DNA of 64,000 bases from Eledone cirrhosa (GCA_964016885.1 OZ024741.1:288672001-288736000), one strand, 5' to 3'; shown: positions 15,648 through 31,342, numbered from the stretch's first letter. Program-made: numbers and translations. Notes: generated by a model from the sequence alone, not told the origin.

Positions 15648-18475
15648 TATATCTATATCTATATCTATATCCATATCTATATCTATATCCATATCCATAT
15701 CTATATCCATATCTATATCCATATCTATATCTATATCTATATCTATATATATATCTATATCTATATCTATATCCATATCTATATCTATATCTATATCCAT
15801 ATCTATATCTATATCCATATCTATATCCATATCTATATCCATATCTATATCCATATCTATATCCATATCTATATCCATATCTATATCTATATCTATATCT
15901 ATATCTATATCCATATCTATATCTATATCCATATCTATATCTATATCTATATCTATATCTATATCCATATCTATATCCATATCTATATCCATATCTATAT
16001 CTATATCTATATCTATATCTATATCTATATCTATATCCATATCTATATCTATATCTATATCCATATCTATATCTATATCCATATCTATATCCATATCTAT
16101 ATCTATATCTATATCTATATCTATATCTATATCTATATCTATATCCATATCTATATCTATATCTATATCTATATCTATATCCATATCCATATCTATATCT
16201 ATATCTATATCTATATCCATATCTATATCTATATCTATATCTATATCCATATCTATATCCATATCTATATCCATATCTATATCTATATCCATATCTATAT
16301 CTATATCCATATCTATATCCATATCTATATCCATATCTATATCCATATCTATATTCATATCTATATCAATATGTATATCCATATCCATATCTATATATAT
16401 ATCTATATCTATATCTATATCTATATCTATATCTATATCTATATCTATATCTATATCCATATCTATATCTATATCTATATCCATATCTATATCTATATCT
16501 ATATCTATATCCATATCTATATCCATATCTATATCCATATCTATATCTATATATATATATCTATATCTATATCTATATCTATATCTATATCTATATCTAT
16601 ATGTATATCCATATCCATATCTATATCTATATCCATATCCATATCTATATCTATATCCATATCTATATCCATATCTATATCTATATCTATATCTATATCC
16701 ATATCTATATCTATATCCATATCCATATCTATATCTATATCTATATCCATATCCATATCTATATCTATATCTATATCTATATCTATATCTATATCTATAT
16801 CTATATCCATATCTATATCTATATCTATATCTATATCTATATCCATATCTATATCTATATCTATATCTATATCCATATCCATATCTATATCTATATCTAT
16901 ATCTATATCCATATCCATATCCATATCTATATCTATATCTATATCTATATCTATATCCATATCTATATCTATATCTATATCTATATCCATATCCATATCT
17001 ATATCTATATCCATATCTATATCTATATCTATATCTATATCCATATCCATATCTATATCTATACCTATATCCATATCTATATCTATATCTATATCCATAT
17101 CTATATCTATATCTATATCTATATCTATATCTATATCTATATCCATATCTATATCTATATCTATATCTATATCTATATCTATATCTATATCTATATCCAT
17201 ATCTATATCTATATCTATATCTATATCCATATCTATATCTATATCTATATCTATATCCATATCTATATCTATATCTATATCTATATCTATATCCATATCT
17301 ATATCTATATCCATATCTATATCTATATCCATATCTATATCTATATCTATATATATATCTATATCTATATCTATATCTATATCCATATCTATATCTATAT
17401 CTATATCTATATCTATATCCATATCTATATCTATATCTATATATATATCTATATCTATATCTATATCTATATACATATCCATATCTATATCTATATCTAT
17501 ATCTATATATATATCTATATCTATATCTATATCTATATCTATATTTATATCTATATCTATATCCATATCTATATCCATATCTATATCTATATCTATATCC
17601 ATATCTATATCTATATCTATGTCTATGTCTATATCCATATCTATATCTATATCTATATCTATGTCTATGTCTATATCTATATCCATATCTATATCTATAT
17701 CTATATCTATATCCATATCTATATCCATATCTATATCCATATCTATATCCATATCTATATCTATATCTATGTCTATGTCTATATCTATATCTATATCTAT
17801 GTCTATGTCTATATCTATATCTATATCTATATCTATATCCATATCTATATCTATATCTATATCCATATCTATATCCATATCTATATCCATATCTATATCT
17901 ATATCTATATCTATATCCATATCTATATCGATATCTATATCCATATCTATATCCATATCTATATCTATATCTATATCTATATCCATATCTATATCTATAT
18001 CTATATCCATATCTATATCCATATCTATATCTATATCTATATCCATATCTATATCCATATCTATATCCATATCTATATCTATATCTATATCTATATCCAT
18101 ATCTATATCTATATCTATATCTATATCTATATCCATATCTATATCTATATCTATATCTATATCTATATCTATATCTATATCCATATCTATATCCATATCT
18201 ATATCCATATCTATATCTATATCCATATCTATATCCATATCTATATCCATATCTATATCTATATCTATATCTATATCCATATCTATATCCATATCTATAT
18301 CCATATCTATATCTATATCTATATCTATATCTATATCTATATCCATATCTATATCTATATCTATGTCTATATATATATCCATATCTATATCTATATCCAT
18401 ATCTATATCCATATCTATATCTATATCCATATCTATATCTATATCCATATCTATATCCATATCTATATCTATAAC
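15648..18475. repeat. 2.8-kb hexamer array (ATATCT/ATATCC)n
   Basis: Directly visible. It explains the 600-1000 aa IS/YL/DI pseudo-ORFs. Confidence 0.98.
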
Positions 18476-18501
18476 TATATCTAAATCTACATTTATATCT
18501 T

Positions 18502-18604
<103 letters not shown>

Positions 18605-18718
18605 ACTCTCTCTCTCTCTCTCACTCTCTCTCTCTCCCTCTCTCTCTCTCTGTATATATGTATATTAAAATTCACGTATGCACATATATATATATATATG
18701 TGTATATATATACATATA

Positions 18719-18858
18719 TAGGAAAAAGTATGACCCCGACGGCAGAGCTCAACCCGTTTCGACGGCTATTTCTGGACTCATTCATATATATACATATATA
18801 TTAATAAACATTCGTTTCACTGCCTCTCTGTTTTGTCCCTGTTCAAATTTTTCCATTA
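18719..18858. mobile_element. Patchwork of a family A single arm (18719-18780) and the 3' end of PLE family I (18800-18858)
   Basis: The first part matches ~1963-2021. The second part (AATAAAC.TT.GTTT..ACTGCCTCTCTGTTTT) matches 31290-31348. Confidence 0.7.
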
Positions 18859-18867
18859 TATATATAT

Positions 18868-19075
18868 ATCTCTCCCAGTGATTTTGGGTGCCCATTGACT
18901 CTTAAGAGCTCCTTTGCCCTTTGACAGGTTTTGTTTTTAGTCCTGCAGGATGTCCAAAGTCACCCTCCTCACCAAGAAACCTTGGTGGGGTTGCCAGTTT
19001 AGTCGCCAACGACCCGACCATGAGACAGGTTGTACTGGGATACACGTTACCAGTAGCACCAACTGGTGACCTGAC
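18868..19075 (-). mobile_element. 5' part of the non-autonomous RTE derivative
   Basis: Near-identical to 28965-29171. Confidence 0.85.
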
Positions 19076-19189
19076 ATATATATATATACACACATATATT
19101 TATGTGGGTGTGTATATGTAAAAGTGTTTATGTATATGTATATATATGTATATATATAAATGTATATATGTATATATAAATATATATAA

Positions 19190-19333
19190 AGAAAAAAAGA
19201 TGAAATCGAAAATGCAACTGGAGTCTTATTTAAAAAGAATATATATATATTTATTTGGTTCCTTTACCGGTTTCGCAGTTCTTCTGCTTTTCAAAAGTAG
19301 AGTTGAAATGGAGGGTCTGTGGTTTTTCTCATA
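19190..19333 (-). mobile_element. PLE-derived short element family J with hammerhead (second copy at 52597-52727, plus strand)
   Basis: Two dispersed homologous copies. The minus strand at 19297-19262 reads CTT-TTGAAAA-GCAG-aagaa-CTGC-GAAAC-CG-GTA-AAG. Confidence 0.7.
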
Positions 19334-19466
19334 TCTGGTTGGTCTTTGAATGTTACTTGTTCTATATTATATATATATTATGTATATATATACATAAATG
19401 TTTCGTATGTATATTTATATAAGTTCATGTTTTATGTATATCTATGCTTACACTAGTGAATACATA

Positions 19467-19512
<46 letters not shown>

Positions 19513-20350
19513 TATTTTTAACAGATAGTTTGTACTTGACCTTATGTATGTGTGTGTGTGTATATGAGTACGTGCAAGTGTATATTTACGTTGGTACTTG
19601 TTTTTATGTATATGTTTATGCTTTTATGAGTACATGCGTGTGTTTATGTACATACATGTTAAATCGTAAATTTCTTATATAAGTATATAGAAATATATCT
19701 TTTGACTTTTTTCTGTGAGTGTTTGTCTGGTTCGTGATATATATATATGAGTATGTGTGTTTGTGTGTGTGTATGTGTGTGTGTTTGTGTCTGTATGTAT
19801 GTGTGTGTGTTTGTGTGTGTTTGTGTGTGTTTGTGTGTGTGTATGTGGCTGTGTTTGTGTGTGTGTTTCTGTGTGTTTCTGTGTGTTTCTGTGTGTTTCT
19901 GTGTGTGTGTTTCTGTGTGTTTGTGTGTGTGTATGTGTCTGTGTGTGTGTGTTTGTGTGTGTATGTGTGTGTATGTGTCTGTGTGTTTGTGTGTGTATGT
20001 ATGTGTGTTTTTCTCGTCCAGTGTTATTGTGTATGCCATGCGGAATCCCTGTATGTGTGTAAGTGCCTGTGCTGCGTCTATACAATTGTCAGTCTCTATT
20101 GTATTTGTATGCGTATGTTTATTCCTACAACTATCACTCTATAAATATACTGCTGGCTTTGTATAAAGACCCAATGGTGTTCCTCTTTATCAATAAAGAA
20201 CATATTTTTCTCAGTGTCTATATTGATCTCTTATATCCCCCCCCCCCACACGTCCACACATACGCCCCCCCCCACACACACATATGTATTCATCGAAAAT
20301 ATAATATATGTTTATGTAATATATATATATATATTATATATATATATATT

Positions 20351-20553
20351 CAACATGAATAGACCTATGATTTTTATCTAAAGACATTTTTTCCAATTCC
20401 ATCCCGCCCGTCCCCTTAATCTATTTTATTTCTCATTCTTTCTTCTGATGAAGGAGTAGCGTCCGAAACGTTAAGACCTGCTATATCAAGCGTTAACCTA
20501 ATATATACCTTCCATATACTGTACCGATTGTGTTGTTATTTCTGTTTACCTTT

Positions 20554-20557
<4 letters not shown>
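20351..20557 (+). mobile_element. ~205-bp hammerhead-bearing non-autonomous element, family F
   Basis: Full-length homolog at 38222-38432 (minus) with matching ends, and (TA)n flanks. Confidence 0.8.
20441..20476 (+). ncRNA. Minimal hammerhead ribozyme motif
   Basis: TCTT-CTGATGA-aGGA-gtagcg-TCC-GAAAC-GTT-AAGA: canonical core, stem I TCTT/AAGA and an AACGTT palindrome. Confidence 0.8.
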
Positions 20558-20632
<75 letters not shown>

Positions 20633-20644
20633 GGGGGAGATAGA

Positions 20645-20745
<101 letters not shown>

Positions 20746-20835
20746 TAAAAATGTGAGGAAATATTAGACAAAAATGTACCGATTCTTTCTTCATAGTCCC
20801 GACTAGTTTCGCCAAATTGCTTTCCAACACTCATG

Positions 20836-21232
<397 letters not shown>

Positions 21233-21251
21233 TATATATATATATATATAA

Positions 21252-21289
<38 letters not shown>

Positions 21290-21761
21290 CATAAACATAT
21301 ATTATATTCTAGATGTATATTTTGATGTTCAAGGTTTTCTAGTTTAACTCTAAATCTGAGCTGATGAAGCAAACCTATGTTTAAAGGTATTCCAGCCGTG
21401 ACCCTTCCGTCTTTTGTGCATGTAAACATAGGAGAACGTGTCTTTTTTTTAAGACAGTACAGAAGGGTTTAAGAGAGATTTGGCAATCACGAGGAACCCG
21501 TGACGAAAAGATGTGTGGAGCGAGTTAATATCGCACATTTTGATCTATTTGTGTAGCAGACTTAATTCATTGCCCGGTTTAACACCACCACCTGCATTTT
21601 AGTGCCTTTAGTGGAATGTCCTCTGTTGCAAACATTCGAGCCCTCCGCTTTGAGGGCCCCTTCTTTTCACCCACCTGTCGCAGAGCCCAGAAAAACGGCT
21701 AAATAGTAAAAAGACTGCTCATGCAATCATACTCAGTGCTATACTATACCAATAATATTTT

Positions 21762-21935
21762 TTTTATTTAGGCATACGGCCAGCAACTTTGGGGAGAGGG
21801 TAATTTGATTAATTTAGTCCCAGTACTTGATTGGTACTTTATTTTATCGATACAGGAAGGATTAGAGGCAAAGTTGACCATCGTGGCATTTGAACTCCGA
21901 ATGTAAAGAGCTAGAACATATACTGCAATGGAATG
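21762..21935 (-). mobile_element. tRNA-derived SINE (long subfamily, diverged)
   Basis: GGCATACGGCCAGCAA..GGTACTTTATTTTATCGA..GGCAAAGTTGACC..ATTTGAACTC. Confidence 0.8.
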
Positions 21936-22329
21936 TTATCTTACACTATTAATCCACCACTCTGTATGTTTATTAAACTGTATGTATTTTGTTAGAGCAC
22001 TCACGAAATATACTATTTGCAATCGAATAACATTTTTATAGAAGTAGTTGATAGCTTCTGTTACCAAGGATATCTCATTAGCTGTTGATATGGGTACACT
22101 AAAAGCACAGTAGCTGGAATAAGAAAACGTTCGTGAAAATTCAGGTAGATACTGGCTGGCAATGAAAGAATACTCCATCCAAAAAAATGGTTGATTGTAT
22201 GATTCTTGTGTATGTAATACAATGTTACATGGTAGTGAGAGGTGGACATAAAATGGAGAATATATGTGAGGGCTAGAAAGCAATGAATCGATCATTTTCC
22301 TTTAGAATGCATGAACGATGAAACAGGTT

Positions 22330-22595
22330 AACTGAGAAAAAAAAAACAGGACTGAGATGCAATGAACAGAAGGGAAAATTACGTTGGTGCGGACATGTAA
22401 TGCAAATGGATGATGGACACTGGAGGAAGGTGTGCCAAGAAGATCTTGTGGAAAGAAGACGACTTGAGTAGAGGTGGCAAAAACTGATGTTGAAAGATGA
22501 TAAAACAGATACAGATGGAAGGCGCTGTATTGGAGAGGACAAACTTAACCCATGCAAGTTTGGAAAAGCGACGTAAAATGATAAGGACGAAGATT
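22330..22595 (+). mobile_element. Decayed RTE-like LINE 3' end
   Basis: 'KLRWCGHVMQMDD' motif, followed by AACCCATGCAAG..TGGAAAA..GACGTAAAATGAT at the 3' end. Confidence 0.55.
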
Positions 22596-22648
22596 ATAAC
22601 GGTAATGATATATATATATATGTATGTATATGTACACACACACACACT

Positions 22649-22680
<32 letters not shown>

Positions 22681-22773
22681 CAACCATATATAACTGTATA
22701 CAAACATATATACATGGATATATATACATACGTGCACACAAACAAACAGATACATACCATACGCATAAAGCAT

Positions 22774-22854
<81 letters not shown>

Positions 22855-23373
22855 TGTATATATGTATGACTAAAATCGATAAATAGATATATAGGCAGCC
22901 AGACAAACAGGTAGATGGAGAAAACCACTAGAGATAAAGTGTTATAGAAAGTAAAAAAAAAAAAAGGAAATATAATAAAACTAGAGAAAATATATATAAT
23001 GAAAAGCGAGAAAGAAAAAAAAAGAAGACAAAAAAGAAACAAAAGAAAAAAAAAAGCTTAATGAAAAATGCATCTTCCATTAGCTTCCGGTCATGTATCG
23101 TTAGCAATGGCGGCGTTTTGTGTCGTATGTCAAGAAATCTCGTTGGCTTGTTTAGTGATTGAAACTCTCGAAGACCTTAAGTGCTAATTGTAAGCCGTGC
23201 AATATTCAGATTCCTTACTAAACAGGCTCTCCAAAGAGAATCGCTAAACTATTCTCTCCTTGATTGCTGTGTAAATGGCTTGGACTTGCAGTATTATGCG
23301 GCTGTTAAGTATGGTTGATCCCTCCGGGATTTCTGAACAGATAAGGAAAAAACAAGAGAAAATAATATATATG

Positions 23374-23404
<31 letters not shown>

Positions 23405-23560
23405 ATGATACTTGTGTATGTATATATAATTATATATATATATATATATATATACATACATACATAAATATATATATATATATATATATACATGTATATT
23501 TATACATATGTGTGTGTTAGTGTGTATTTATATATATATATATAAACATGTATATGTGAG

Positions 23561-23611
<51 letters not shown>

Positions 23612-23756
23612 ATATATGTATCTATGTGAATTAGATAGAAAGAAAAGTTTGAAATAAAGCTATGGAAAAGAAAGACTAAATTAGAAAGAAAGGGCGGTAA
23701 AAAATAAAAACTCTGTTAAAGGTAGAAAGTATGGTGAGTCTGGTGTAGTTATAGTT

Positions 23757-24171
23757 ATGTTGTTGTTGTGGGTAGCCTCGTTGTTGTTGTTGTTGTTGTT
23801 GGTGTTGTTGTAGGTGGTGGTGGTGTTGTTGTAGGTGGTGGTGGTGTTGTTGTTGGTGGCGTTGGTGTTGTTGTTGTTGGTGTTGTTGTTGTCGTTGTTG
23901 TTGTTGGTGGTGGTGTTGTTGGTGTTGTTGTTGCTGTTGTCGTTGCTGTTGTAGCTGTTGTTGTTGTTGTTGTTGTTGTTGTTGCTGTTGTTGTTGTCGT
24001 TGTTGTTGTTGGTGGTGGTGGTGTTGTTGGTGTTGTTGTTGCTGTTGTCGTTGCTGTTGTAGCTGTTGTTGTTGTTGTTGTTGTTGTTGTTGCTGTTGTT
24101 GTTGTCGTTGTTGTTGTTGGTGGTGGTGGTGTTGTTGGTGTTGTTGTTGCTGTTGTCGTTGCTGTTGTAGC

Positions 24172-24205
<34 letters not shown>

Positions 24206-25140
24206 GGTGTTGGTGGTGGTGGTGGTGGTGGTGGCAGTGGTATAGTGATTTTGTTGCTGTTGTTGTTGGCGGTAGTGTTGGCCGTGGTTGTGGTGATCAC
24301 TGTGGTGGTTTTGTTATTGTTGTTTTTGTTGCTAGCGTTGTATTTTTTGTTGTTGTTCGCGGTTCTAGTGGTGGTGGCAGTGACGCTATTGGCGGCGGCG
24401 GCGGTGGTATTCGTGATGCTAGTGGTGGTGGTACTGGCGCTGGTGGCGGCGGCGGCGGTATTTGTGGTGGTAATGGTGGTAGTGGCGCTGGCGGCGGTGG
24501 TGTTGGTTGCGGCGGTGGCGGTGAGATTTGTGGTGGTGGTGGTGGTGGTAGTGGCACTGGTGGTGGTAGTGGCGCTGGTGGTAGTGGTGGTGGCACTGGC
24601 GTTGATGGCGGCGGCGGTGGTATTTGTGGTGCTAGTGGTGGTGGTGGTGGTGGTGGTGGTGGTAGTGGCACTGGTGGTGGTAGTGGCGCTGGTGGTAGTG
24701 GTGGTGGCACTGGCGTTGATGGCGGCGGCGGTGGTATTTGTGGTGCTAGTGGTGGTGGTGGTGGTGGTAGTGGTGCTGGTGGTAGTGGTGGTGGCACTGG
24801 CGTTGATGGCGGCGGCGGTGGTATTTGTGGTGCTAGTGGTGGTGGAAGTAGTGGCGCTGGTGGTAGTGGTGGTGGTGGTGGTATTGTTGGTTTTATTTTG
24901 GCTGCTATGGTAATAGTTGTTGATGTTTTTATTGATCATACTGTCGTTGTTATTTGTGCTGTTGCTTTTGCTTTTATAATTGGGGGCGGTGTTGTTGGTG
25001 ACAGTATTTTTGGTTGTGTTATTGTTGTTAACGATGGTAGTGGTTATGATGGTTGTAGTGGTATTGGAATTGTTGCTGTTGTTGATGGTGATGTTGTTGG
25101 TGTTGATGTTGGTGTTGTTGTTTTTTGGTGTTGGGGGTGG
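23757..25140. repeat. Degenerate (GTT/GGT/GGC)n trinucleotide tract with higher-order duplications
   Basis: Visible directly, including an ~110-bp unit triplicated at ~23890-24210 and an ~120-bp unit repeated at ~24520-24840. Confidence 0.9.
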
Positions 25141-25465
25141 CGATGATGTAGGGGTCTTGTAGTATCAATAGTAGTTGTTATTATTGTTGTAGTTTAACCG
25201 TAAGAAATCAGCAATAAACAGACACATGTTCAAAGGCTGTCAAGCAGTGACCATCCCATCTATTTTTCTATACACAGAGCAGCCAGTCTCACGTTACCAA
25301 ATGAATTCATTTTATAAGATATTTGGCTGTTATATCTAGCAGATGAGACGATCCCGAGCAAATTCTGTGTAGTCCATCGTGGATTGCTAATGGCTGTTGT
25401 GGTGGGGATTATAAAAGATAGTGATGGTGTTGATTTGTTAAATATGGTATTAGTTTTCTATCTCT

Positions 25466-25525
<60 letters not shown>

Positions 25526-25770
25526 TTTCTTTCTTTCTTTCAATTTCGTTTCTTTCTACTTATTTTCTTTCCCGCATCCTCTCTCCCCCTCTTTCTCTGC
25601 AGAATGGAAAAAAGATAGTTTGTTGCAAAACAAAATGGCCGGATTTTTCGATATGCATACGGAAATATGTACAATTAAATTTAAATACATATATTGTTGT
25701 TTTGTAAAGTAAAACATTGTTACCATTACTTGTCAGATGAGGTAGATGATGTAAATATCTATCTATGTTT

Positions 25771-25837
<67 letters not shown>

Positions 25838-25931
25838 CACATAAACCCACGCACACATACATAAACCCACGCGGCACATGTACCCGCACACATACGAACG
25901 TATACACCAAATACACATACAAAAAAAAATA

Positions 25932-26068
25932 TATATATATATGTGTGTGTATATACAATATAATTATAAAAACGTATATAAATATACACACATAAATACG
26001 TATATGTGTGTGTATATACAATATAATTATAAAAACGTATATAAATATACACACATAAATACGTATAT
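25932..26068. repeat. Perfect ~68-bp tandem duplication
   Basis: TATATGTGTGTGTATATACAATATAATTATAAAAACGTATATAAATATACACACATAAATACG occurs twice. Confidence 0.85.
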
Positions 26069-26209
26069 AGCGCTCGCACACATACCTACAAGTAAAAGCA
26101 CATCAGATTGATTTTTTTTTAGTTTCAGAAGATCCGGTTAAGGGTGAAAGCAGCGATTCTTTGCTTAAACTTTAATCTGTTATTTTAATATATATATATA
26201 TATATATAT

Positions 26210-27304
26210 ATAGGAACGAGTAGGACCCCGACGGCTGAGCTCAAGCCGTTTCGACGGCTAATTCTGGACTTAATGAACATTTTTATCCTGGTATATGAAT
26301 AGCCGAGCTTCTCAGGGGGTAATTCCATATATGGTAAAAGTGATTGTCACAAGGATTGGTCAAAAGTTTGTTGTTGAGACATAATAATTCTATCATGGCA
26401 ATTTGTGGAGGGAAGGGGTAGCTGAACCTGCCAGTAGAAGAAAGAAGGAGAGGGGGTGGAGGAAACCCAGTCGTGCGTTGGTAGTGCCAACTACAGCTGA
26501 GCAGGAGGTCAAAGAAGATACTAGGGAGGGAGAGGGGGAGGAAGTCGAAACAATAAGTAAAACAATATGGGGTAAATATATAGAAAAATACCGAGAGTGT
26601 TAAAAAAAAAAAAAAAAAAAAAATTTCTGGTTACTATAACCTAAGGACAGCTTTCAAGTCTCTCACTGGTACTGCTAGACTAAAGAAAGGTTTACTAGGT
26701 GGGACGGAATTATAATGAGACCCTTTTAAGAGGTATAAGTAAACAACCGAATATATCTTACGGTGACGGGTCAACAAGTGTGGGGGGGGGGGGCAAAATA
26801 CTAAAGAAACTACCACGAAATAATAATTCAGAGTCCCGAGACCAGTACGAAATAAAGGTTTCTACCCCAGGCACAAGGCCAGCAACCACCTAGTGCAAAA
26901 AAAATAAACTAATACGAAATAATAATTTAGAATCCCGAAAAAGAATACTAATACTATCTCTAAGGGTGCCGCCACGATACAAAAATTCTAGTGCAAACTA
27001 CCTAAATGCTCGTACGAAGTATATGTAAAATTTAATACGGAAAATTAATTCAGAAAGAGAACTGGGGTGGAAGGACTAGGGAGGGATGGGGGGAAGAAGA
27101 AGGAAATATAGAGGAAGCGATAAAAAGATATAAAAGAAGATCTTACGTCTACCTTTGCAAGCAGGGGTTACCCAGAATTAGCCGTCGAAACGGCTTGAGC
27201 TCAGCCGTCGGGTCCTACTCGTTCCTATTACCCACTCTACTACCCTAAGTATTGAGTACTTTGGTGCGTTATGGTCCATCTGGTTCCTTACCACCTTTCC
27301 TTCG

Positions 27305-27307
<3 letters not shown>
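26210..27307. mobile_element. Family A element with ~900 bp between the inverted arms
   Basis: Arms at 26210-26268 and 27172-27228, tail to 27307, (TA)n flanks. Confidence 0.75.
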
Positions 27308-27373
<66 letters not shown>

Positions 27374-27411
27374 TGAAAGGTATAGAAAGTATTGTAGCAA
27401 GAAGCCAACAG

Positions 27412-27480
<69 letters not shown>

Positions 27481-27483
<3 letters not shown>

Positions 27484-27677
27484 CGAAGGAATTGTGGTAA
27501 GGAACCAGATGGACCATAACGCACCAGAGTACTCAATACTTAGGGTAGTAGAGTGGGTAATAGGAGAAAGTATGACATCGACGGCAGAGCTCAAGCCGTT
27601 TCGACGGCTAATTCTGGACTCCAGAAATAGCCGTCGAAACGGCTTGAGCTCTGCCGTCGGGGTCATACTTTCTCATA
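27481..27677 (-). mobile_element. PLE-derived fold-back mini-element, family A
   Basis: Tail plus a palindrome centred at ~27619. Confidence 0.8.
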
Positions 27678-27699
27678 TATATATATATATATATATATT

Positions 27700-27928
27700 A
27701 ATAAGGTAATGAATTCTTTTACAATGGAATTAGCTCGAAGGAGGAAAATACCCACTGAGCCGTGTATAAACTAATATATATGTGATGAAACACAGATACC
27801 AACACATCTGTATATATATTGCAAAAGAAAAATTTAGCCAGATGTTTAGTATGCTTCAATCTGGCTAAATTTTTCTTTTGCAATATATATACAGATGTGT
27901 TGGTATCTGTGTTTCATCACATATATAT

Positions 27929-27937
<9 letters not shown>
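27700..27937 (-). mobile_element. Fold-back mini-element family G (80-bp arms plus tail)
   Basis: 27764-27843 mirrors 27859-27937, with an unpaired tail at 27700-27763 and TA flanks. No hammerhead core is visible. Confidence 0.65.
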
Positions 27938-29171
<1,234 letters not shown>

Positions 29172-29246
29172 ATAAATATATACATATATACATATATACA
29201 TATGTATGTGTATATGTATATATAGATATACATGCATATATACACA

Positions 29247-29333
<87 letters not shown>

Positions 29334-29467
29334 GATAGAGTACTCCTGGAGTCGGTGAAACGTGGACTGAGGTCCTTACACGGAATCTAACTCTTCATCT
29401 CTCCAATGTGAGGTTGTGTGGGCAGTCGTAGATTTTGTAATACTAGCAACGTTAGCAATAGTGTCAT

Positions 29468-29542
29468 CTCCACCATCACCATCATCATCATCATCTTCAT
29501 TAACTTCCTCATCATCATCATCATCATCATCTACATCATCTA

Positions 29543-29580
<38 letters not shown>

Positions 29581-29831
29581 CCATCACCATCCTCATCATC
29601 ATCATCATCATCACCACCACCATCATCATCATCACCACCATCACCATCACCACCACCATCATCATCATCATCATCATCATCATCACCGCCATCATCACCA
29701 TCATCACCACCATCACCATCACCATCACCACCACCACCATCATCATCACCATCATCACCATCATCATCATCACCATCATCATCACCATCATCACCATCGT
29801 CATCACCATCATCACCATCACCATCACCACC

Positions 29832-29863
<32 letters not shown>

Positions 29864-30740
29864 CATCATCACCATCATCATCACCACCACCACCATCACC
29901 ATCGTCACCACCATCACCATCACCATCACCATCACCACCACCACCATCACCATCACCACCACCACCATCACCATCACCAGTTGTTATAGTAGAGGCATCA
30001 AAATGTTCGTTATGGCAGTGGTTGTGTTTGTAGTGCGTTGGGTGAGGTAACAGTTGCTATGGTGATGTTGTTAATGGTACCCCTAAAGTATGGTGTACAT
30101 AGTGTGTATGGTAATGGCGGTGGTGGTGGTGGTGGACATGGTAAGAAGGGGGCGGCATTGACAGTTCTATTGATGTTTAATTATTACTAGTATTAGTATT
30201 AGAAGTGCTGTTAATATTGATGTTAGGTTGAGGATGGTAGTGGTGGTGGTGGTGGTGGTGGTGGTGGTGGTGGTGGTGGTGGTGGTGGTGGTGGTGGTGA
30301 TGGTAATGCTGGTGATGCTGGTGATGGTGATGTTGGTGTTGATGATGGTGATGATGATGATGGTGATGATGATGTTGGTGATGATGATGATGATGGTGGT
30401 GATGGTGATGGTGATGATGATGATGGCGATGATGATGATGGTGATGATGATGCCGGTCATGCTGGTGATGATGATGATGATGATGTTGATGATGATGATG
30501 GTGATGATGATGGTGATGGTGATGCTGGTGATGATGGTGATGGTGGTGATGATGTTGATGATGATGGTGATGATGATGACAGTAGAGGTGGCAGCACCAG
30601 TGATAGTGCTGATGGTGTTGATGAGAGTTGTGACAAAGATGGTGGTGTTGGTGGCTGGCCGTGGCGATGATGGCGACGATGGTGATTATGACTGCTGGTA
30701 ATGATAGTAGTGATAGTGATGATGATGATAATGATGTTGA
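29468..30740. repeat. (CAT/CAC)n tract 29468-29978 and complementary (GAT/GGT)n tract 30235-30740
   Basis: Directly visible. Confidence 0.92.
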
Positions 30741-30794
30741 TGTTGGGCGTTATGATCTGTAACATGTCTAAATGCATATATATATATATATATT

Positions 30795-30913
30795 ACACAC
30801 CCCTCCCCCACCCCTCAGAGACCTCTCCATCCACGCGCACGCACACACCGACCTACACCCCACCCCACACACACCTTTTCCTGAACATGGAACCTCGTTC
30901 TTCCCCCCCAACT

Positions 30914-30968
<55 letters not shown>

Positions 30969-31342
30969 ACACCTACACACATACACAAACACCACCTTCA
31001 GCCCTCCCCGATCGGACCCCCCCACCTCCATCTCCCTACTCCACCTGCCACCACCCCTACATGCCCCACACCCTTCCACCACTTGTTTATCTTTATGTTT
31101 ATTTTTATTTTTATTTATACCCCTTCCACCGTTTTTCCTCCCTTTTCTCCCCCCCCCCACCTTTTTCTAAAGTCTCTCCACCACTCGCCCACACACCCTC
31201 GGAAATCTCTTCCCACCCACTTTTCTCCTGAAGAAGGGCTTATGCCCGAAACGTCGTTCCCCACCCCCCACTCTCAAGAGCGTGAAAGTAATAAACCTTT
31301 GTTTGTACTGCCTCTCTGTTTTCGTTCCCGTTCCAATTTTCA

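Noticed and set aside
23755-24939. Thr/Pro-rich or Val-rich 380-390 aa ORFs
   Set aside because: A trinucleotide low-complexity tract open on both strands, with no gene structure.
29468-30740. Large inverted repeat between the (CAT)n and (GAT)n tracts
   Set aside because: Complementarity is only at the motif level and the variant patterns do not evidently mirror each other.
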